From: Balanoglossus misakiensis
Taxonomy: Eukaryota; Animalia; Hemichordata
DNA: 64,000 nt
Direction: 5' to 3'
NCBI GenBank assembly: GCA_040954595.2
Contig: CM082589.2
Span: 8,502,232-8,566,231, forward strand
The position numbers were made by a program, and so were the translations under genes. How positions within the stretch are numbered: position 1 is the stretch's first letter; the number at the start of each line of letters is the position of its first letter. This document shows, piece by piece, positions 51,831 through 64,000 of the stretch. The notes under the pieces are model-generated. The model did no database searches, was not told the DNA's origin, and was given only the letters and a program-made list of their open reading frames with translations.

Positions 51831-54800
51831 TTTTTATACTACTGTTTATTCTTATATGCATGTCCAGCTTATTTTATACTTTTTTGCACTATTTGTTTAT
51901 TGACTACCTGGACCATTATATTGAATGGATGTACATATGTGCAAAAATAATGCATATTTTAAAGGGTTTCATATCTACAATTATCATGACACCCACACTC
52001 AACAACACCCTAATTTAAAAGCGGACATAGGTATTATTTTTCACTCTATAAAGAAGATAATCAGTGTATGACTGACTGAATACCTCAATGACATATTCAT
52101 GGGCAGAACTATTTTTTGATGCAAACTTTCATATAAATGTAAAAAAAAATAACAGCTTGCAAATGTATTGCCCAATTCCTACAATATACTTGGTGTCAAT
52201 CCATGTACACAAGATCCTTACACATGCCAACAGAGTAATCTCTTTTATGTAGAGCAGTTTATCTCGATCTAGTCTTTCGGCAATGAATTTAGTTTTTGTG
52301 ATTCAAACTCAGTGTGTAAGTGTCCCTAATGCAATTCTAAGCAATGTTGAGAGATATAAAAATGGCCACATCCATTGAAGTTGATGTTGGACAGAAAGTA
52401 GGGTAATTATACCGAGAGAAACGATATGGTCACTGGTACCATTTGATGATTAGTCAGATACCAGGTTCACACAGGGTAAAATTTGAGACACCATTTGCCT
52501 ATGGCAAACACAGAGCATTAATCAATCTTTTGAGTCGCCTTGTGTCCACACACACAAAGTTTATGTACAGGCGCTGAGGCTCAGTCCCATAGACTATGGA
52601 TTGCGGAAAGGTGTTAATCCTTACACTGGCTCGGGTCTGGCCGGCAAAGTCGTCTCAAATCTGAGTTGTTTCAGGACCACTTAAACCCCGGTGCGGAAAG
52701 TACCGGGGATTCGGATTAACGTGTGTTTGTATAGTTGTTTATTTGGGAGTGGTCATCATGCATAATGACTGTGTAATTGATCTCATGTACATAGAAAATA
52801 ATTGAACACTTTACACCTCTACGCGATTGACAGCTGTTTGAATGGCGTGGTTATTGTTTCCCAGGGATGCTTCTGAAAAGCACTGAAACCAGATTTCTCC
52901 CAAAATCATCGTTGTTTCAAAAGCTCGTGTACTTTTTCGTCGATAACTTTATGTTGTGTGTGTTTATAAAGCCAACTACTGTCGTTGTGTGGTGTAATTC
53001 TTTATGCTTGGATCTGTTTGGGCCGATTTTCATAAAGCCAAGATCGTTTGTGTTGTCTGTTGTCAGTCAAACGGCATTAAGATTCGCCACTGATTTGGGG
53101 GGTCTTTTATACCCCGCACCGGGGTTTAAACCATTCACACATAATAATTTTACGCCAGTATCTCATCTGAGACGCTTCAGAACCGTCTTGATGGTGTGTG
53201 TGTGACCCCCATATGAAATAGTGAAATAAACTTGCTATAGTCTTTAATTTCTTGTGTCAACACTGATAATAATAAGGTTGAGGCATGGAGGTAGAAGGAC
53301 AGTGCACGGAAAATAAGCAGATAAATTTCCTTTATATTTTGCCCAAATAATCCCTTTATCTCATTTCTTCTTCATGGCTTTGAACTTTGGGTCCGGACTG
53401 CAAGTTGACATAACTGTGTACACTGCTACAATTGGATAAAATATGAGAACAATTTTTATATCGTCGTATTGTGCAGATCAAAAGAATATGCAGATAACGT
53501 GTGCGCATTATTTGGTTTTGCAAAAAAGGGTATTGATTGTTGTGCACTGGTGGTTGTCATGCCAACAGTTGATGCCATAAATCATGTTAATTAAGAATTT
53601 TCAAATGTTTGATGACATGTTACAATTTCTTTTAGTTTTGTTGTTGTTTTGTCCCATTTGAGTGTAGAATGACTTGCATTTAACCCGAATGTTAAATGCT
53701 GTGGTTGTGAGGCATTTCGTAGGTGGTAAATAGGTGATTTTATTTACTTGCCTAAGTAAATAAGAGTATGTAATTTAGTTACAGAATCACAAAATATTTA
53801 ATATTTATGAAAATTTTAGAAGAAAAATGTACCAGAACCAAGGTATGTAATTCACTTGTGTCATGAAACAATCTAATGTGTCTACACCAGATTGTTTTTT
53901 TTTCATGATTTTTTCACTCTTGCAGGGACATATCTAAGTAGGACATATAGGCCTAACACACATAGCTTTAATGCAATATAACATAGCCACTGGGTGGCCT
54001 TATCATTGTAATTATTCATGCCTGGAGCCAATATGCAGACAATGTCTGAGGTGATTAGATCCTGATTTGGTTCAAAGACTATATGGACTATAGTGCATGT
54101 ATGACAATTTGACTGAATATGATTGCTGATTGTTTTGTACTACACATGTACATGTACTTTCCGATATTGTACTAGCCTAATACTTAAAAGATTTTCGTAT
54201 CCAGTTAGCAGCGAGTCTCAATCAATTTCATTCTGCCATGATATTCTCTTATTTGTTTTTCTTCATCTATTAATCTAGCGAATTATATGCAAACTGTGTA
54301 AAATTGGGCAATATTATCTAGGCTAAGCAAGTTCAAACTCAAGGTCACCCAATCTGTGTGTTTCATTTTTTTTTGGAGACAGGGTCGTAAGAAACCCACT
54401 GTCATAAATTTAGAATGTGAATTTAATTCAGTCAGTTTAATTCAGTTTTCCCATCTATGTCACCTTCTGTATTTTGGACTAGACTGTATATTTGTAAATG
54501 TGACATAACAAGAAAGTTTAAGTTCAATATATTTTACAAAGCAAACAATGTCATGTAGATATACTGATATAGTTGTTTAATTTAACGTTATTACAGTGAT
54601 GTCATTTGTTTAGTGTAGTCTGCATCTAATGTTACAGCTCTTTAACTTGAGAAAACTACATTTGGTATTTATTTTATAAAAACTGTATTGATAAAATAAT
54701 TAATAATTCTAGAGTTACTGAAAATTGTTTAATCATTGTAACATAAAAATCCCAAGTATTAAGTTTTGGGTAATATGTAATATGTAATAATTAACATTCT

Positions 54801-54915
54801 GTCAAAATTTTACCTCTAGCCATTTACTTGTAGAAAACCAGTTTAGCTGTACAGAATAAATTAAATTTGAGAAATATTATGCAAACTTACATGTAGAGTT
54901 GGTAATTTCTTGTCA

Positions 54916-55200
54916 TTTTTAGGTCCCATTGGTTTTTACCTTGGGACCTTATGGGATCGGTTGCGTCTGTATGTATGGATGGATGGATGGATGTATGGAT
55001 GGATGTCCGTCCACATCAAAAACTTGAAAACTGCTGCGCGTATAACCTCGATATTTGGTGTGCAGATGCAGGCTGGGCTGCAGATGGGGGTTTGTTCAAA
55101 TGAAATTGTCATTGCCAAAAATATGCAAATTAGCTGGAAAAATGTGAATTTGGTCAAAACTCAGTAACTCAAGAACTACTGGTCAGATTGCTTTGCAAAG
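54916..55200 (+). mobile_element. Helentron/HINE-like 5' end with hairpin and (GGAT)n tract
   Basis: ttttaggtcccattgg...ccttgggacctta hairpin followed by gtatgtatggatggatgg. Confidence 0.45.
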
Positions 55201-57278
55201 TGGTGTGTATTTACTTTATTGAGTTGTTTTAATTAGGCAGGAACTCCCTCCTGTGTTTCATATAAACACAGCAAATTCCTGAATGATTACATAACTGGCT
55301 AAGTTTTATAGAGGCCAGCTGTTCTATTTAGTGTATGTACAGTACATATGCCATTGGCAGCTTATGGGTCAGTCAGTGTTTGCCCATTGATCTCTCTTTT
55401 TGTGTGTGTGTGTGTGTGTGTCTGTCTGTATATGGCCATGTACTCCGGTGTAGACTTTTTCTTGTGTAATCCCTCAATGGGACCACCGTGTCCTTGACGC
55501 GATTTTTTGGTATGTGTTGCAGAACTTATTTGCAGTCTGAAATCTCTTATTTTAAAGGGACAAAGTCACCCTCTCCATTATAGGTTTGATACAAGACACT
55601 GTTTATGTTATTCTACATGTGGATATATATAGTGAATCAACATTCCACCACACACAACTTCCATCCCACTTGTAGACACGAGAGTGAAAAACTCGCTGAA
55701 ATAAATAATCAGTGTTTACCATTTATTCATTTTGGCAAGACTTTTACTCTCATATCCTACAAATGGGATGGAAGTTGCGTGTGGTCGAATGTTGATTCAC
55801 TATATATTCACACGAAGAATAACACAAACAGTGTCTTGTATCAAACTTTATTAAAGGCACATAAGCTGTAACTTTTGGGATAATTATCATGTTTGTTTCA
55901 AACTGTACTACCATTAGTCCATGCAGATGAAGGCAGTGAACTATACACAAGCATTATAAACCCTAAATATGAGTGCATATGCAAGTTTTAACCAGATAAA
56001 TGATAAAGCTTTGCCGCAAGCGAATATGGCGGCCACCGTGGGAAAATGCAAGAAACAATGAAAATGTTGCATTTCCGACTATGAAACTTCATAAACAAAA
56101 CATGATCTCATCACTTGAGCTCATGGAAGTTAATGTACACCGCTGAGACATTATATTTTCCCTTTTCATTGCAATATTGCACTTTTTTTAAAAATGCAGG
56201 AATTTTCATTTGTTTGGCCATTTTGTCATAAATAAGTGTTAATCTTGATATATTATCATGAAATATCATTTAATAGACATAATTAAAAGCATATATGAGA
56301 TTATTTAAAACTTTAATTCTTTTATCCAGTTGCAGCTCATGTACCTTTAATGGAAAAAGGGTAGAGAGAGAGAGAGACTTTGTCCCTTTAAGCCTACTGC
56401 TTTGACCATGAAGGACAACTTCCTGCATTTGCTCCCAAACTGCAGACCATTTTATATAATGTGACTTGAATATTGCCATAGGTCTGTTGTCACTATCCAA
56501 ATCCTGCCCTCTGCCATTGGTCCATGCACCTGAGCTGTTGAGATGGACTTTTTTTGTTTACAAGATTTCAAGCTACATTTTTTTCACCTCTGAAAACAAC
56601 AGCCCTGATGATGGACCACTTTGTGGGCTCAAAACGTGAAAATTTGAAATAAAAGAAATCAATGTGCCACCAGAAACTATTAAAGAGTGACATTTTTATT
56701 CACTGAACCCAAATTAAGTGTTTGTAAACCATTACATTTAAAGTGACATTGATTATCAATTATATATGGACTTGTACTAATCAATCTGACAAGGCCCTTT
56801 CTTTTTAAACTTACTTAATAACCAAAATAGGGAAAAATTTATCTCCATATACAATATTGATATATTGACCATATTGTTGACATAACAATGTAGGTTTCAA
56901 TATCCAAATATTCAATTCAATGTAGGTTTCAGCGTATATGACAAGTTCACAATAACCTGCTATATTTCCATTGTATAGGCCAATGTATTAAGTAAACTTT
57001 TCGTTTTGGTCCCGAAAATATGTTGAAAGATACATAACGTGATAAAATGTACACTAAGTTAACTACACACGAGTTCAAAGCAAATTTATGTTTAGAACGG
57101 TCTGGACTGCAAATGAATAGTCGACTTCAGCCGTGAAGAAACAAAACAAAGTAGTTACTTTCATGTGGCGTTGAGGGCGATGTATACGTGTGGTAAGTGT
57201 CGTGGTGATCTGCCGTAAGATGCACGGCCGGGCGCACAGCGCAGCAGTTGATGGTCAACTGTGGCATGATACCGTTCA

Positions 57279-57612
57279 AGGGACAAAGTCTCTCTCTCGC
57301 TGCCCCTTTCCCATTTATTATGTTTGATACAAGACACCGTTTATATTAATGTACATGTATAGTGAATGAACATTCAGCCATACAGAACTTCCGTATTGCT
57401 TTTATGATATGAGACTAAAAACTCGCCCAAAATGAATATGAATTATTCTTTTTGGCGAGTTTTTTTTTTCACTCTGGTGTCTACAAACGGGATGGAAGGC
57501 GTGTGGTCGAACATTGATTCACTAATATATCCACATGTAGAATAACATAAACGGTGTCTTGTATCAGACATAATTAATGGGAAAAGGGCAGCGGGAGAGA
57601 GACTTTGTCCCT
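57279..57612. mobile_element. MITE family K1 copy (fragments also near 13260-13420, 23910-23950, 55555-55850, 56350-56390, 63255-63310)
   Basis: same TIR and internal sequence. Confidence 0.82.
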
Positions 57613-58791
57613 TTAAGTATTTCTGTAAAATAAAAATATTTTGAGTGAACAGATGGTGGGAACATCGAAACAACAAAACAACATTTCCGTATATCCACTC
57701 ATTGAGGTGGTTGACTGCTTTGTCAGTGTGCCCCGGCCCTCTGTCGAGTAAATCTACTCTTTCAACTGAAAATTAATTAAGGAAATTTCAAATGTCAGTA
57801 TTCCAGCTATAACAGGCGCGAAAGTCGCACACGAGGAACATGTCATACATATCACATAGATCAGCGATCTTTTTTCAGCATTTAAGTTCGGTAATTATAT
57901 GTCTTTGCGACTTTTACGACTTCGTAAACTAGAATCACAGAATCGAGAGTGGCTAAAATCGTAGTGACCGCAAAATATGCACAGAAAGTGAAACAAGACA
58001 CGCACATCTGCAACTTTTTCTCCATGTACAACGCGTAGCCTCGCACAGTAATGCTGTAATTTGCAATTGGCGCAAAGAATGTTGATTACAGGCCTAGTCT
58101 GGAATCCGTATGTATGTTTTCGCTATGTGTGTGGAGCTTAGGGAAAAACACACGAGTCGGGATTCTAAATAGCCGCCATGTCTCCTAACTTTGTATTGGT
58201 AGGAAACATTCATGAGTCTAGTCGGGGTGTCGGTTGAGATGTGAAGAGACGGGAACACGTATAGAGTATAAATTTAATCGCTGACTTTATTTCAAAAAGG
58301 AACCAGCCATGAACGTACAGGACAAGGGATGTAGTCCATGCTGGACCATGCTGGACTCGTAGTACTGTAAAACGGGTTATTTTCGCGACAGGAAATTTTC
58401 GCGATATCAAAAGAGGCAACTGTTACCGGTATACGAGGATTAATTTTCGCGTTCTCATATTTCACAAACTGCATCGTTATCTATGAAAATCATTTTACGC
58501 GACCTTTTATTTTCACATTTTTTGGCTCTCGAGTATTTCGCGAAAAAATTTTAATTGCGAAAATAAACCGTTTTACAGTATTGGAACCGCAGAACTAACT
58601 TTTTGGACTCCAAGTAGCTCTTTTTATATTGCGTACTTTTCAGAAGAATTACATGCTTTGATGTCACGCCGAATTTACAATGCAAACCAGACTACAATTT
58701 ATAAGCTGTTAGTCTCAGCCAGCCACCAGTACGTAAAATTCTTTATGTGAGTGTGAATTGACGAAGAACCTCTTTCCCTTTAGGCCTGTTA

Positions 58792-59938
58792 GGGACCGTT
58801 TAGTTTTTACGGCCGGGGTGGGGGTGGGGGATGGCGGCGGCGGCGGCAAAATCCAGGGGGGGGGGGTCACTTAAATTTTGAAGTCCAAAAGGGGGGGGGG
58901 GTTCATCTGTTTTTTTTAAACGTTTAGGGGGGGATCACATACTTTTGCCACCGAACATTTGTTTTTGAGTCCACAAAATTGCAGTTTCGCGCTCTTTATT
59001 TTACAAAATGTTCTAATGTGGGAGGGGGACACCCCCTCCCACACCCACCCCTTCATTCTCCGCCACATTTCATTTTTTGCTGTTTGTCTAGTGTACCGGG
59101 GCAGAGTGCTTGCCACCCCAACCCCACCGATGATAATATTTAACAAAGAAAATACATAAAGGAGAATAATCGTTTAAACCATTTCGCATAACTGATAGTT
59201 TCGCGCTGCATCTTCTATATATTAGAAGTTTTATAAATGATGTCATGACGTGGATGACGCCAAATCTTCTAACTTTGAGTGATGTGGCAAAAAGTAAAAT
59301 TGGTCCTCCCAAACATTGAGATAATTTGCTTTTGAGTTTATAAAAATGCAACTTTGAGCTACATATTTTACAAAATTTTCACACCCACCCCCTCCGTTCT
59401 TCGCCACATATCATTTATTCGCTGGTTTGTCTAGTGTACCAGAACAGACTTCTTCCCACCCCACCCCCGATGCTTACTTTGAGTGGAGTGGCAAAATTAA
59501 AATTTGTCCCTCCTAACATTGAGTTAATTTGCTTTTGAGTTCATTAAAATTCAACTTTGAGCACCGTATTTTACAAAATTGTCTTATGTGGGAGGGGGAC
59601 ACCCCCTCCCACGCCCACCCCCGCCACTTTTCTTGTTTTACCAATTCTAGCAACTATTGTATTGACTTGTCATTTTATTTTGTTCGTAGATTTCTTTTTC
59701 GCAACGATACACTATAATATACTTCAATTACTTTAAGAAATTTGTAATTGAGGTGTGAGGAGCCTTATTCCCTTTATTGGATACAGTGTACGGCGAATCA
59801 GGACGGCGAATGTTTTCGGCGTGGGGGGGGGGGGGTCATCATTTTGTGGTGCTGGGTGAAGAGGGGGTCGGCCTGATTTTGAAAACCGATGACACAAACT
59901 TGCCGCCCCCCCCCCAGCCGTAAAAACTGAACGGTCCC
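58792..59938. mobile_element. PIF/Harbinger-like non-autonomous element upstream of PRKDC; extra right end at about 59970-60237
   Basis: TTA|GGGACCGTTTAGTTTTTACGGC ... GCCGTAAAAACTGAACGGTCCC|TTA; internal duplications and G-runs. Confidence 0.8.
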
Positions 59939-60475
59939 TTAGGGCCTAGGCCTACATCAGTGTGAACAAAATCAGGACGACGAGGTGGCTCTTGGAAGCA
60001 AGCTTTTTCCCCTTCCACGAGTAGTTGTGTAAATTCGAAGGGTGGTCATCATATTTTTTGCCTGTCAAAGGGAGGGGGCCGGGTCATCATTTTTTTTGGT
60101 GCTGGATGGAGGGTAGCCCTGCGTACAGGTCTGTGTGTTCGCGGCGCAGGGCTAGGTTAAGGGGGGGGGGGTTGCCTGATTTTGAAAACCGATGACACAA
60201 ACCTGCCTCCTCACCGTATAAAATCAACGGTCCCTAAGTAGGTTTGGATGTTCATATACTACAGCGTTCCCCATGGCCTTGATTCTCGGAAAAAAATATT
60301 AACCAAGGCAGGGAAAATTCTCCTGGGGGATTGTGCGGCTTCGATCGCGATATGTACGTCCCTTTTCGTGATAGTGATGAGTGACTTGGGTGGTCCTGAA
60401 TGACCTTAGTTTGACCTACAAGAACTGTTTACATTTCTCAGTTGTGACTTGCTGCTCGGCAGCGTTAGGCGAAAG

Positions 60476-60623
60476 ATGGTCGGGCCCGAGTTACACAGCA
60501 AGTTATCAGACTTGCTGGAACTATTAGATGAAACACCGACACAGCATACGGTCGAGAAGGCATTGAATTTAACAGGAGAGATTCAGCAGATATGCTTCAG
60601 AGCGTCTGCCGAAAACGAGCTTG
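60476..60623 (+). CDS. PRKDC: DNA-dependent protein kinase catalytic subunit, coding exon 1 (MVGPELHSKL...AENEL)
   Basis: aagATGG start context, G|gtaagt donor in phase 1; joins the next exons in frame. Confidence 0.85.
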
Positions 60624-60896
60624 GTAAGTCATGGCGTTGGCGTGGGTGGGCGTGCACGTTTTCTTGTCATTCAGTGCAAGGACAGGTGGTAATTATGTAA
60701 ACTTTTGACTGAAAGTAGGCAAGTTGGCAACTGCGACAAGACTATAATGCAAAATAACGTAATCCAAATGAGTTTATCTGCTCCAAACGTGCGTTTGTCT
60801 AAGGTTTGTAACCACAGCAACGTGGGGGTTGAGTTGTACAATTCAACCTCCACGTGACGGGGGCGTGTCTCTTCTTCCAATCACGGTCACTCTCAG

Positions 60897-60936
60897 CATG
60901 GAGGTACTAAGAGACCCTCTCTCTAGTACCTCCGTG
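60897..60936. mobile_element. 40-bp hairpin insertion with 7-bp TSD (P-element-like CA...TG ends)
   Basis: CTCTCAG|CATGGAGGTACTA...TAGTACCTCCGTG|CTCTCAG. Confidence 0.6.
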
Positions 60937-61407
60937 CTCTCAGCTGTGATTTTTGTAGCGGGTGCTGCGATGTTGACTGGTGTTAGGTAGTGCTACGAAT
61001 CCCACTAGCAGCACCCGCTACAATAACTGCAGCTAGGTCACTCCATTCAGTTGAATCTGTATTCTAGAGAACTGTTCTGTGCAAAGACAAATATGAGTAA
61101 CCGATGCAGTGCATGGCACATTCCATAGCCTTGTTGCCACGTGTAGAATTTCAAGCTTTATTAAATGCCATTAAGAGAACACTGTCAACAGTTTTTTGAT
61201 TTTTTATAGAGCTGTTCAGATATTTTCAACATAGGAAAACTATAGCATTAGGGGTGCGAGAAAAGTGCTGACTCGCCATTTTACACAAAATTTTAGAAGG
61301 GTATTTTATTTTGGGTATACGTACCATCAAACCTATATTTTGCTGTGGTCCAATGACAAGTAATGTCATCTCTGACCAAATAACATAACTTATTTTTGCT
61401 TTTGCAG

Positions 61408-61484
61408 CTTACAACTGTTCAGTTCTATTTAACAAAGAAACTGGGATTTTGGTATTTTTGAAGAAAGTAGTCATGGTAGAACAG
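61408..61484 (+). CDS. PRKDC: DNA-PKcs coding exon 2 (AYNCSVLFNKETGILVFLKKVVMVEQ)
   Basis: ttgcag and gtaagt sites; resembles human [20 protein letters not shown] as recalled. Confidence 0.88.
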
Positions 61485-62261
61485 GTAAGTTTACATTTTG
61501 TTCAGCGATTATAACTTGCACCCTTCAAAGCTATACTTTATGAATCGATATGGAGCATTATAATGTAACAGCTCATTTTTTATTGTTGGTAAATGTTTAT
61601 TTGTAAATTTTAACAGCCATTGCTTGTGGACTCCAAGTCTGCTCTGAGCATACATGTATGCATGTAGCATTCCCTACATATATTCAAATTGGGATTATGT
61701 ATAGGGAATACCTATATGGCATACATGTACATTCAAAACACACCATGGTCATCTAGTAAAAAGAAGAGCAAATTTGTTAATGATCTCTAGCATTTAGTTG
61801 TTATTGTGAGAATCAAAGATGTTAAAGTGCTTTCTCATTGCATGTCTTATGACAAAATATGTCAGTTGTACAAAAAGTAAAAAAAAAAAAGTACCAGGTA
61901 TATATTATTATTAAACATTTCATTGGCTGTGTATAGATAGAGATACTTAACATTACTCAAACCATCACTTGTATGGGAACCCTTATTTACATGCATAATG
62001 TAACATACTCAGGGGTTAAAAAATATGGCAGTCCGAGGACACAGACTAGTGAAAATTCTGGACCAGGGATGTCTTTCTATGACAAGCCCTCGGTCTATCA
62101 GAGCTTGCGTACTCGCCAATTCCACAAAGGCAACCAAATTCTATCTGGCTAAAAAATGTATCATTTGGCAAAACCATATTGTTTTCCCAGTTTCTGGGTA
62201 CGGTGACTTTTTTTCTCTGTTGTCAAACTCTACCTGAAATATTCATTTCTGTTTTCCACAG

Positions 62262-62429
62262 TATTTGTCATTCAAAGAAAGAACGCTAGAGTTCCTTGAA
62301 GCTTTTCTGTTCAGAGCCGACAAAAGGGTGGTGACTTACGCCATTGACATCAAAGATGTCTGTTTGTCACTTTTCATCCGAGATAAAAGTGCCAAAGTTA
62401 AGAATAAAACCTTCCCTGTCCTCATTAAG
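62262..62429 (+). CDS. PRKDC: DNA-PKcs coding exon 3 (YLSFKERTLEFLEAFL...YAIDIKDVC...DKSAKVK...LIK)
   Basis: ccacag and gtaagc sites; resembles human [22 protein letters not shown]. Confidence 0.9.
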
Positions 62430-63033
62430 GTAAGCAATCTCATATCAATTGGGTTAACCATTTTTCTGGTCAGCCATCAGCTGTAAATTTGGGTAATTTT
62501 TCTATATTTTAATTTTTTGTGTTACTGCCGTTAGCATGTTATTCTTTGAATCCCCAATTCACGGTGAAATGGCCAGTGCTGAGCTTATCAACCTGACCTA
62601 TATCATATGTGTATACAATCAGCATTGTTATTGTTGAAAACCCAATTCAGGTGTTACGCACCTCAAAATCAAACATCGTCTGATCATGTTGAAATTAATA
62701 CTGATAATACTATGTCTTTTAAATATTTAATCTATGGAATAAAAATGAGGGGTCAACCAGCTGGATTTTTGGGGAAGCGCCCTCTATCTCGCACCGCCAG
62801 TGTTTGTAGATCTTTGTAAAACGACTTCATAAATACAGTTGCAGTTGATTCACAGAGCAAAAACAATGAAAAACGATAGACAAATGTTATTGCTATTGCC
62901 CTTTAATAATGAATAAACAGTTTAACTCCATTTTAAATTTCCCCCCATTTTCAAAAGCTGGTCTACTAAAAAGAGAACAGAAAACATTTTATTCAAGAAA
63001 AATCTTGTTCATGTCTTCGTCTTCATACACCAG

Positions 63034-63142
63034 GTGCTTGAATTGACATCAGGAACTCCGGTGGGCACAGAAATGGGAGTTGACAAACTGATTGAGAGAT
63101 ATTTCTCACAGTTGTTGCAACCATCTAAGATACCAGCAACAG
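63034..63142 (+). CDS. PRKDC: DNA-PKcs coding exon 4 (VLELTSG...QLLQPSKIPAT)
   Basis: caccag and gtgggt sites, phase 0-1; resembles human KKKIPDT. Confidence 0.88.
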
Positions 63143-63865
63143 GTGGGTTAATCATTTTGGGCGAATTTTTACTCTCAAATAATACAAGCAGGGTGTGGTT
63201 GAATGTTCTTCACTACATATACACATGTACATTTACCGGTACATATCGATGTCCTGCATCAAACATAATTAATGGAAAAAGGGCAGCGAGAGAGAGACTT
63301 TGTCCCTTTAACCCCAAGTCCAAGTACATAAGTGACTACATACTTAAAAATAATGTGTATTGAATAAGATCATATTCCAATATGGTTTCGCCCCAAAGTT
63401 TTGGTAAATTCTCTGTAGTGGGAACTAGGGGTGAAAGGGTTAAGAAAATATATACTTAGGTTGATTAGAACTTGAATGATTGCCAGAAAACTGGAAAGTC
63501 TGAATGTACATGTATGCTGTAGCTTTATTTGTCAAAACAGATAACACATTGCAAGCTGTTGTCCATAACGATAATAATAATGATAATTTTTGGCGTTTTG
63601 AAAGTCAAGTAACATGCAACACAAGAACTAATGGAGATGTAAGATGTATAATAATAAGGTTATTACAAAAATACCGCAAAGTATGCACTCGGACATTAGC
63701 CCAGCGCATCGCCCTCTGCTAAGCGTCGGGCGATACCGGGTGCTTATGTCCTCGTGCGGTATTTTCGTAATAACCTCATAATATTGTCAAATATATTGAT
63801 GGTGTGAAACTGGCACATGTACTTTCAAACATTAATTTAAACAAATTGCATGTTCATTCTTTCAG

Positions 63866-63978
63866 TGAAAAGAGGTATTTATCACATCCTGGGAGTGTTT
63901 GCTGATTACTACCCAGAGTGTATGACACAACACTCAGAGAGACTGATTAAAGTCTACATGAAAACACTCAAAGATCAG
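63866..63978 (+). CDS. PRKDC: DNA-PKcs coding exon 5 (VKRGIYHILGVFADYYPECM...LKDQ); gene continues past the window
   Basis: tttcag and gtacag sites, phase 1-0; resembles human VYELLGLLGEVHPSEM...LKTQ. Confidence 0.88.
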
Positions 63979-64000
63979 GTACAGTGTGTGTGTGTGTGTG

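Noticed and set aside
53225-54860. AATAAA candidates for the PDE poly(A) site
   Set aside because: Several occur in AT-rich sequence and cannot be ranked without 3' end data.
57100-57270. CpG-richer patch with a gtaagt donor, a possible non-coding first exon
   Set aside because: No partner exon or ORF can be supported from sequence alone.

Overview
AT-rich eukaryotic genomic DNA with spliceosomal introns, probably from a marine invertebrate deuterostome (inference). The ORF track is almost all noise, so the genes were assembled by hand from splice sites and reading phase. (1) A + strand PDE10A-like GAF-GAF cyclic-nucleotide phosphodiesterase runs from about 8071 to its stop at 50495. The 23 phase-compatible exon slots from 10056 give about 775 aa; the start codon was not securely found. 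(2) The first five coding exons of a + strand PRKDC (DNA-PKcs) gene lie at 60476-63978 and the gene continues beyond the window. Main discovery: the PDE catalytic domain has two tandem, intact, paralogous 112-nt exons (46708-46819 and 47526-47637) that behave as mutually exclusive exons. They encode alternative versions of the metal-binding Asp and nucleotide-pocket helix. One has PDE5-like pocket residues and the other is closer to vertebrate PDE10, so splicing may switch substrate or inhibitor specificity. The first exon has a distant branch point, nearby UGCAUG motifs and flanking palindromic MITEs. Also present: a GC-AG intron, an apparent triple self-nested Helentron-like element, a nested Kolobok-like element with a THAP remnant, and many TTAA, Academ-like, Harbinger-like and P-like miniature transposons.
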